A stretch of DNA of 33,805 nucleotides from Candidatus Micrarchaeota archaeon. GTDB lineage: Archaea; Micrarchaeota; Micrarchaeia; Anstonellales; Bilamarchaeaceae. The position numbers and the translations under genes were made by a program. Position 1 is the first letter of the stretch. Every line of letters starts with the position of its first letter. The notes under the pieces are model-generated. The model worked only from the letters and a program-made list of their open reading frames with translations, ran no database searches and was not told the origin of the DNA. Of this stretch, positions 26,288-33,805 are shown in pieces. The DNA lies in the NCBI GenBank assembly GCA_018304385.1, contig JAGVWJ010000030.1, positions 1-33,805 on the forward strand, given 5' to 3'.

Positions 26288-27441
26288 TATAACATCTTTT
26301 GGAATAATAAATTATCAATTATAAATTCACCAAATAACTTATGGAAAAGTTCGTATTTGCCTCTACCTACCTTTTTTATACAATTTTGCTGCAGAAGTCG
26401 CTTTATCTGCGTACCAATCTGATTAGACGCTTTTCCAACCATTTTTGATATTGTCTTCATTTCTAACGGCTTTTTACTTTTTGCGATTACGTTGAGGATT
26501 TTCTGCTCTTCCGGACTGGTTTTATCTAACATGTCCCTGAATAATTGATCACCAAGTTGTTTCATTATCATTGGTTTCAATACTTCATAATCCAAAAGCG
26601 ATAGTTCTCTCTTGTTTTGTTCAAAAAGCACATAACCAATTGTTTGTACAATATAAGGATGTCCTTGGCTATCATCTATAATTTTATTAATTAATTTCGT
26701 ATTAATATTTCTTTTAACTGTAAGAAATGGTTTCTCAATTGCTTCTTTTACTTCTTCTGGTTTCAGTGGACCTAATGTAACTGGAGTAAAAAATCTTGCA
26801 AGAGGTGAATGTAACTCTTTAATTTGCTTAAAAAGTCCTATTTTACCAGATAAAACAAGTATGTACCCGCAGTTATTTTCTGATAATCTCAAAAACACAT
26901 TTCTTAAGTATTGTAAAGAACCATTTATTTGTTCAAGTTGCTCTGCCTCATCCATCATGATAATTATTGCAGGTATTTTTCCTTTTATTTTGTCCCATAA
27001 CTCCTGAAGTCTATGTCTAAATTCGATTTTTGTCTCTATTGCTTTTTCTTCACGCTGCTCAAATTTTGCAACACCTAAAGAAACTGAGATATTGTATTTT
27101 TGAAAAAAATCTTTAAAGCGTTCAGCACTTTTATCAATTAAAGAATATACAATGCCCGCTCTTTTAATCTCTGCAAGAATTAGTAGCACCAATTCTTCTA
27201 TTGAATTCGTTGCTGGATCAAACTCTACTCTTACTATCAGACATTTCTGAGACTTCGATATATGCCCCAAATAACGTAATAAGGAGGTTTTTCCTATTCC
27301 GCGTTCACCTAAAATGGCTAAATGGTGTGGGTTTCCCTCCTGCGTATTCCTTAGATATTGTTGAAATCTTATTATCTCCTCTTTTCTACCAACAAAATAT
27401 TCAGGCTCAACAATGCCGCCCGGTCTAAAAGGATTTGCCAT
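26287..27441 (-). CDS. Archaeal AAA/STAND-like P-loop ATPase with C-terminal winged helix
   Basis: NPFRPG..PEYFVGRKEE, LGERGIGKTS (Walker A), IIIMMDEAE (Walker B), GHPYIVQ, wHTH-like tail. ATG 27441 with GTGA SD. Confidence 0.85.
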   Translation of the reverse strand: MANPFRPGGIVEPEYFVGRKEEIIRFQQYLRNTQEGNPHHLAILGERGIGKTSLLRYLGHISKSQKCLIVRVEFDPATNSIEELVLLILAEIKRAGIVYSLIDKSAERFKDFFQKYNISVSLGVAKFEQREEKAIETKIEFRHRLQELWDKIKGKIPAIIIMMDEAEQLEQINGSLQYLRNVFLRLSENNCGYILVLSGKIGLFKQIKELHSPLARFFTPVTLGPLKPEEVKEAIEKPFLTVKRNINTKLINKIIDDSQGHPYIVQTIGYVLFEQNKRELSLLDYEVLKPMIMKQLGDQLFRDMLDKTSPEEQKILNVIAKSKKPLEMKTISKMVGKASNQIGTQIKRLLQQNCIKKVGRGKYELFHKLFGEFIIDNLLFQKML

Positions 27442-27493
27442 TAAAATCACATTAAATTTATCATAATTAACTATTTAAACGTTTCTTTGTTAA

Positions 27494-27509
27494 AACAGTT
27501 AAAACTGTT
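27494..27509. promoter_or_regulatory. 7-2-7 palindrome AACAGTT-AA-AACTGTT upstream of the ATPase promoter
   Basis: Lies just after the mini-ORF stop and before a TATA-like TTTAAA (27474-27479). Function unknown. Confidence 0.35.
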
Positions 27510-27512
27510 AAA

Positions 27513-27569
27513 TTAGCTGCTTGAACCCGTACCTTTAAGCACGCCTTTAAGAAAATCTCCAAGACCCAT
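27513..27569 (-). CDS. 18-aa mini-ORF MGLGDFLKGVLKGTGSSS (repeat copy B; truncated duplicate of the zinc-ribbon gene start)
   Basis: ATG 27569, TAA 27515-27513. It has 6 differences from copy A, 5 of them synonymous. Confidence 0.55.
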   Translation of the reverse strand: MGLGDFLKGVLKGTGSSS

Positions 27570-27604
27570 GTTTATCAACTGCCCTCAGCCTTCAGCTTTG
27601 GGCC

Positions 27605-27629
27605 GTGAGCCTCGTTTCGTTTGGCTCAC
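27605..27629. repeat. Hairpin GTGAGCC-N11-GGCTCAC within a GC-rich intergenic element
   Basis: Perfect 7-bp stem read directly from the sequence; nearby repeated GCTCA motifs. Confidence 0.55.
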
Positions 27630-27656
27630 TGCTCATTGCTCAAGGCTCAATGCTTA

Positions 27657-30600
27657 TTATATACGTTCATATCTTCCTGTCATTGGGTTATATCTCATGC
27701 CAGAGGAACCACCAAGAAACTCTGGCTGATCGTACTTGTAATAATTTGTTGGGCTTAGAGTTGGTGATGCTAAATCCTTGGCAAGCGGGTGCCCCGTGTA
27801 TTGCTCTTCTACTGGTGCTGGCTTGTATCCCATGCCTTGGGCCTCAGCCTCAGCTTTATCACGCTCAGCTTTCTCCATTGATTCTTTTATAATTTGAAGT
27901 GGTCCACGGCCAGTTTCAGGATGATCTTCTTTCCTTTTTCTTTCTATTTGCTCTTGTGTTGTTTCTAGTTCATCTCTTTGAACAAAAAGAGAATCATATG
28001 CTGGATTAGAGATAATCTCCGTTTTTAACCTATCAACAATGTCCATTTCCGGTGCTTTACCTGGCTTATAATCCTTAGAAAACTCATCTGCTTTTTGCTC
28101 CAAATTCTGAACCTGCTGCATTAAGCCTTCGTATACTTGGCGTATCTAATTTATCTATTATTACTTGCAGAGCAGGATCCCTTTCTACACGCTTCTCTAA
28201 TTCAGCAACTAACTGCTCCCTAAAAGACCATATAACTCCAGTATCTATACCACTTAGACCAACTTGCTGTGCTGCATTTCCCATGTTTCCAACTGCATCT
28301 AACCCAAATGCCCTAGCACTTAATGCATCTCTATTCTCAGAAGGTGCAGCCATATAATCTTTCCATATTTTTTGCATTTCTTTTGATGCATCTGGAGAAG
28401 ATTCAGTTAATGAGGTACTAACCCCTTTTAAAAGAAGAATAGCGCATCTTGTGGATTTTGCTTGATAAATTCTGCTGTTGCTGCAACCATTTCAAGTCTT
28501 TCAGCATTTTGTTTATCTGTGCCAGGGGTTTGTGCAAGAGTAGTCGCGGCTAGATATAAATCCCGTTCACTAACATTTGGTCGATCTGGAACATCAAGCC
28601 TATTTAAATCAAAGTTTGGATTAGCTGAATATAAGGCAGATTGCATTGTAACTTTCGATATTGCTGTTTCTGCGTATTCAAAAGCCTTTCTGGATTTTTC
28701 CAAAAAGTCATCAAACTTCTTTGGATCAACTTTTTCTGTAGCATCTCCTATTGCGCTAAGAGTAACACCCGTATAAGCAAGAACCTGGGCATGACTCTCA
28801 AGAAGGGATTTCATATTTTTATCTACACTAGGATTACCTTCTAAAAGGGCACCAGTATTATTATATAAAAGATTTGCTGTTATTGCCTGCTGCTCGAACG
28901 CGCGCATGTTAGTTGCATCTTTTCTCAAACCAAGCAATTCGCCTTGCTTATCCCCAAGCGCTCCTCCAACCTCTCCAAAAAGGTTACTATTGCGCGGATC
29001 TGAAAGCATTTTAATAATTTGATCAACCTTCTTCGCTTTTTCATTAGAGTCTCCTTCACCATCTGCAGCAGCCACTGCGCGTTGTAAATCAGCTGCCATT
29101 CCGGTTAGTGTCTTGTCCTTTAATAAATCATGTAAAGCTTCTACAGTATCCTCTTTTCTATCGCCAAGCCCGGACATTTCAGGAGACGAATGAACCTGAA
29201 TAGTAAGCGCTGCAGCGCGCATTGTACTAAGCGCTTCTTGTATTGATGGTGCTAGTGCCTTTTTATCATCATCTGAAAGCGTGTTCCAATCACTGACTTT
29301 TCTACCAGTTAAACCCTTTGCAGCCTCTCCACCTTCTAAAGCAGCTTTACGCTCTTCTTCTGAACTCACAAAATAAAATGTAAGAACAGGCTTACCAGAG
29401 CTATCTACAGTAAGTGCGGCTACTGTTCCTCCTGCTTTTCCTCCTAATTCATCATAAGCTTTATGAAGAGATATTTCAGCAGCTCCATGAACCTTAATGC
29501 CTTCTAATTGCATATGCGCTTCAGCTAAGGCTGCCTTTGCCTCTTCAAACTTAATCAAAGCAGTGTCTCTTTGTTCATCGGTCTTCGCTTTATCTAATTC
29601 TTTTGTCGCATCAACCATATCCTTACTTAATCTTGCCATATCTTCCTCTGTTTTTTTCTTTAAACCATCTAAATTACCTGTTGCTTCTATTGTAGCCTTA
29701 CGCTCATCTGCTAACCTGCTGTCTTGAGCAAGTGTGGCAATGACCGCCTCTGCTTTTTCTGCTTTTTTTTGCGCTGCCTCTAACTCCTTTTCCAATATAT
29801 CTATCTTTTCCTTTGGTGCGCCTTCTTCCTTTGCCTTACCTAATTCCTCTGCTTTGGCAGTTGCCTGATCTCTTTCATCTTTTAAACCATCCATTTTTTG
29901 CTGTACTAAATCAAGCTTGACTTCAAAATTCTTTTGTGCTGTTGCTAAAATTTCTTGTGCACCCTTCAAACTATCTTCAGCATCTCTCAACTGTTTAGTT
30001 GATGTGTCAACAGCACCAGTTGCAGCTTGCACAGTTGCTTCTGTTTGTGTTACGGCCGCAGCTGTTTTTGCAGCGGTTTCCTCTGCTGCAGTTGCCTTTG
30101 CATTCGCTGCCTTTAACTCATTTTCCAATGCTTGTATTTCTGTTTTTGGTGCGCCTTCTTCTTTTGCCTTGGCCAATTCATCTGCCTTTGCAGTTGCCTG
30201 ATCTCGCGCTTCAGTTGCCTGCCCCTCGAATTTTGCTGCGTTTTCCTGCGCCTGTGCCAAGTTTTCCTTAGCCTCTTCTAATTTTTTCTGTCCTTCTTCC
30301 AGATTTATTTTATTTGTTTCTATATTAAGTTGAATTGTTACTACTGCAAGCTCCTGCTTCTTATATTCAAACATTGCCTGTGCTGCGGCTAATTCTGTTT
30401 GTCTTGTACCAAGTACATCTTGTGCTGCTGCCAATTGCTGTTGGGCTTGCCCTAATTGCATCGTAGCTAGATTCAACTGTACCTGTGCTTCTCTTTTCTC
30501 TTCAGCAGAGCAGGCACCTGGCTCATTACAAGCAGCAACTGCTGCCTGCGCGTTAGCTACAGAAGCCTGTGCATTATCTACATTTTGCTGTGCCTTATTT

Positions 30601-31956
30601 TTATCTTCCTCTGCTTTGTCTACTCCAGTCTGCGCTTGCTGCACTTCTCCTCTTGCAGCATTAACCTCTGCTTCCTTTGCATCTTTCTTTTCTTGTGTGG
30701 TTGTATCCTTGTAACCTAGCGCTACTACAACATTCATATCATAATATTTTCTTATTCCAGCCTCAATATCCCCACTTATCTCAATTGCAGTAGCGATAGA
30801 AAATGCTAATCTAGACAATGGAGCAAAAGAAGTAAGATCAAGACCTGCCCTAAGACTACCTAGAAAATCCTTAGCGTCGATAATTTTCATTATTCCCTTA
30901 CCGATGTCAGTTTTATTTTTTAAGAAGTCCAAACCCGCACTTGGCATCTCTTTAACTGTGTTCCAAAGTCTTGATGGCGCTGTCTTAAATAATTGCCCTA
31001 AAGACATTTTAGCAGTTGGACTTGTGCTTTTAAATCCTTTAGTGGCCTTTAAGTTGCCAAATGCCTTCATTGCCGTTCCATATCCAGCACCACTAAGTGC
31101 TGCTGCAAACCCCCCACCTTTTTCTGCATCTTCAGCTCCTAATACAGCCCGTCCACTTTCACTTGTTCCTGCCATGATGCCCTTTGCTAACCCTACTGCT
31201 ATCCCCATAACATCAAATCCAAACCCTCTTCCGCGCGCAGTGTATCTCAAATGTTTGCCAGCTCGGGGTGCAGAAAAATCAAACATACCGAATGGGTTTC
31301 TTCCAGAAAGATGAAGCGCACCCATAAGCAAAGAAAATATAACTACTAGTGGCAGGCAAAATGCAGGCATTACACCTCCTATTGGCGGGGGTGGTGGACA
31401 GTATTTATAACTGGCAAATGCAGATAGAACCTTTGACGGATTTTGTGGATCAACTGGCAGAACAACGCCAGATGCAAGCGGGATGTCTGCAACACCACCA
31501 ATTTCTCCAAGAACAATATATAAATTTATAATCATGGCAGCTGGTTTTATATGCATTAAAATCAAAGTTTGCAATACCTTCATCATTAGTATAAGCTAGT
31601 CTAAGTTCTTCAGTATCATCAGTAGGGTCTTCTTCATCTTCTCCTTTAGATGTTATATGCACCATTACTGGGGCGTTTTGTATTGCAGTACGATCAATAA
31701 CACCAGCAGCAAGAATTATTTCAACAAAAAAATTTCTTTCATTTGCAACTACAAACATCACAGATTCATCATAATCGCTCAAATCCTCGCAAAAAGGTCC
31801 GCACCCTCCTGCCAACCCTCCGGGAATAACACTTAAACCATCTACTGCCAGAGAAGGATCTATCCGACTATCGTCATCATCAATAATAAGCACAGGAATA
31901 TGACTTGTACTAAATGCAAGCGCAATAATAATTAATAATGGTAATAAAATTTTCAT
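27657..31956 (-). pseudogene. Large (~1430 aa if corrected) signal-peptide/TM/long coiled-coil protein broken by three frameshifts (~31512, ~28430, ~28140)
   Basis: ATG 31956 MKILLPLLIIIALAFS. Four overlapping ORFs (31450..31956, 28428..31586, 28084..28377 with frame open back past 28431, 27657..28121 with frame open back to 28145) join with single-base corrections to give 4299 nt. Confidence 0.65.
29812..30204 (-). repeat. Intragenic repeat: 60-nt units at 30145..30204 and 29812..29871 (53/60 identical, offset 333 nt = 111 aa)
   Basis: Encodes RDQATAKADELAKAKEEGAPK and RDQATAKAEELGKAKEEGAPK. Confidence 0.85.
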
Positions 31957-31957
31957 T

Positions 31958-33805
31958 TCATCCGCCTTCAGGTTCTTCTGGAATAAGTTGGCATTCAACC
32001 TTACGGTTTTTAACAGGAGATACGGCACCACATACCCCTGGATTAAAATCACCAATATCATTTATGCCACAATCTTCAAGTGGATCACCAGTTCCAGAAA
32101 ATATAACTGGGCCAACAACTCTGCCTGCAGTTTTTTTCTTAACAAATGTATAATTTCCAGAATCATCATCAAAACAACAAACCTCTGGCTTTGGGATACT
32201 TGATACTATATCTGGAGTGAGTACTGAAAGATCGCTAATATCATAATTGCCATGCAGCTCATCGCCATTCTGATCATAGAATGTGCATGATAAGGCACCT
32301 TCTTTATCTGTGCATTTGGTGCATGGCTCTGGAATAATATCATCAGAACAACCTAAAGTATCAGGATCTGTGAGAGGATCTAAGTCAGCTGGCACAATAC
32401 ATTGTTCTCCATTTGCGCATGCCTTATTACATTTGCCAAGGCTAATATCAATATTTGAACAAGGCTGGCAATACGCTGGGCTTTGTGTATACACTTTAGT
32501 ATAAACCGTAATTGGTTCATCTGCAGCTATCTTTCTTACGCCTTTTTCTAAGGAGCAGAATTGCTCTGATAATTTATAATATGTCTCTGGTGTTCCTGGC
32601 TGATCACCAACACCATCCTCAAGCTCTGAGATATCAGAGTAGATTATTCCAATTAAACCTGATTTTGCCAATTTTTTCTGTCTTGCAAACAAATAGGAAA
32701 ATAAACCTTGCTTTCTTTCCTTACTCCAGCAGCTGCTATCACTATCATCTAATGACATATCACTTATCAAAGAAAGTTTTTGGTTATACTCTGTGATAAC
32801 CGTAGTTGTAAGCCGATTCAGATGTCCCTCTATAAGTGAACCAAGGACAGAAGTACAGTAAGATGGATCTTCATTTGTAAATTCATGAGGAAAAAGTCTA
32901 AATGATATGACATTAACAAGTCTTTCATTAGGATCAAATATCTGTGGTTTATACGCCTTTATTTCTGCCAATGTAGCAAGATCATCATCTATTCTCTCAG
33001 TTCCCATTCTACTGCCTGGTAAGCCATTGCTTACCTTAAATGAATAGATGCATGTTTTACATGACTCTTTAGCATGTTGAAGCCTAGCATATAATTCATC
33101 AATCTCTGGTTTTATAATTGTTGGACTATCTTCTGTACCAATATTTATTTCTTGATGCACTTGTTCAAGGCTTATTGTGTCAACTATAAGTATAGATGGA
33201 CCTCTATCAATGATAGCATCTGCAACATAATCAGCATTATGTCTGATAGTATACCTAACACCAAAAGATTCTCTCTCCTCTGTAGGTACATTCCAATTGC
33301 TGTCATCAGTTGCATCAAATACTGGCAATATGCCTTCTTTTAGATATTGTGCTTGTTTTTCCTGGAGATAAACAGAATCAGGCAGTGTGTTGAAATAATT
33401 TTTAGGGTAAATGTCATCTGGACGGTCTGGATCATCTGCAGAAGGACAAGCCAATCTCTTTGGACCAGTTAGTGTAAGAGAAGGAACTTCAACACAAATT
33501 GTCCCAGCTTCAGTATGTCCGCCTTCACCACCTACTTTTCTATTTGTTATTTTGGTAGTTGGATTATATTCAGTACCTCTAGTTGTTATTATTTGTTTTG
33601 CTAATGTTATATAACTGCATGGCTCGCACCAACCAAATGTTTTTGCCACTGGCATTTTGGTATTTTGGTTATAATCACACACCCCTATCTTATCAGCACC
33701 TGCAGCTGGTGCCTTTATCATTACATAATTTTTAATAATAAGAAAATGCTTGTTATCATCTGAAAGCGCATGACAGTCTCCACCATCTGTTTCTTTAAAG
33801 CCAAA
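31958..33805 (-). CDS. Cys-rich, acidic, probably extracellular protein; 5'-truncated by the window edge
   Basis: The frame is open from 33805 (FGFKETDGGDCHAL...) through to TGA at 31958. Many Cys pairs, especially in the C-terminal third; the next gene's ATG follows 1 nt after the stop. Confidence 0.75.
   Translation of the reverse strand, partial: FGFKETDGGDCHALSDDNKHFLIIKNYVMIKAPAAGADKIGVCDYNQNTKMPVAKTFGWCEPCSYITLAKQIITTRGTEYNPTTKITNRKVGGEGGHTEAGTICVEVPSLTLTGPKRLACPSADDPDRPDDIYPKNYFNTLPDSVYLQEKQAQYLKEGILPVFDATDDSNWNVPTEERESFGVRYTIRHNADYVADAIIDRGPSILIVDTISLEQVHQEINIGTEDSPTIIKPEIDELYARLQHAKESCKTCIYSFKVSNGLPGSRMGTERIDDDLATLAEIKAYKPQIFDPNERLVNVISFRLFPHEFTNEDPSYCTSVLGSLIEGHLNRLTTTVITEYNQKLSLISDMSLDDSDSSCWSKERKQGLFSYLFARQKKLAKSGLIGIIYSDISELEDGVGDQPGTPETYYKLSEQFCSLEKGVRKIAADEPITVYTKVYTQSPAYCQPCSNIDISLGKCNKACANGEQCIVPADLDPLTDPDTLGCSDDIIPEPCTKCTDKEGALSCTFYDQNGDELHGNYDISDLSVLTPDIVSSIPKPEVCCFDDDSGNYTFVKKKTAGRVVGPVIFSGTGDPLEDCGINDIGDFNPGVCGAVSPVKNRKVECQLIPEEPEGG

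Noticed and set aside
25234-27656. A single integrated mobile element spanning the TA pair to the ATPase
   Set aside because: No integrase or transposase, tRNA target or att repeats enclosing the TA pair; only the ATPase is repeat-flanked.
28420-28440. Programmed -1 frameshift at TTTTAAAAGGGG
   Set aside because: The in-frame codons (TTC TTT TAA) do not fit an X XXY YYZ slippery heptamer, and the runs are too short for typical transcriptional slippage. Mutation or sequencing error is more likely.
132-33614. The many short opposite-strand or alternate-frame ORFs in the track (e.g. 132..419, 2968..3303, 3756..4496, 18775..19587, 29917..30271, 30904..31314)
   Set aside because: They lie wholly inside well-supported genes and lack motifs or start signals, so they are shadow ORFs.
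1-33805. tRNA, rRNA or CRISPR array
   Set aside because: Intergenic gaps are mostly under 150 nt, and I saw no cloverleaf/T-loop motifs or regularly spaced repeats (visual scan only).

Overview
AT-rich, very densely packed archaeal chromosomal window. Archaeal origin is supported by Elp3, DUF2070, HerA, TATA boxes about 22-25 nt before many start codons and GGTG/AGGTGA Shine-Dalgarno motifs. The compactness and orphan secreted proteins suggest a DPANN (Micrarchaeota-like) lineage, but that is inference. Recognisable genes: split DUF2070 membrane protein, DAO-family FAD oxidoreductase, msrB, HerA-like ATPase, two tandem NlpC/P60-like papain-fold enzymes, two 8-Cys paralogues, a GHL10 (DigH/YddW-like) glycoside hydrolase, acylphosphatase, elp3, an HEXXH metallopeptidase, an exported Lon-type S16 protease, nickel-pincer genes larE/larB/larC, a deoxyhypusine-synthase-like gene, GNAT, a VapBC-type pair, a zinc-ribbon gene, an AAA ATPase, a ~4.3 kb surface/coiled-coil gene broken by three frameshifts, and a Cys-rich gene running off the right edge. 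Main leads: (1) a 386-aa HNH intein just upstream of the catalytic SWGK motif of the DHS-like gene; (2) the AAA ATPase is bracketed by two copies of the zinc-ribbon gene's first 18 codons, the upstream copy forming an 18-aa mini-ORF that differs almost only at synonymous sites; (3) a putative cell-wall-hydrolase cluster in an organism that should lack peptidoglycan. I found no rRNA, tRNA or CRISPR array. All assignments are by eye from motifs; no database search was run.
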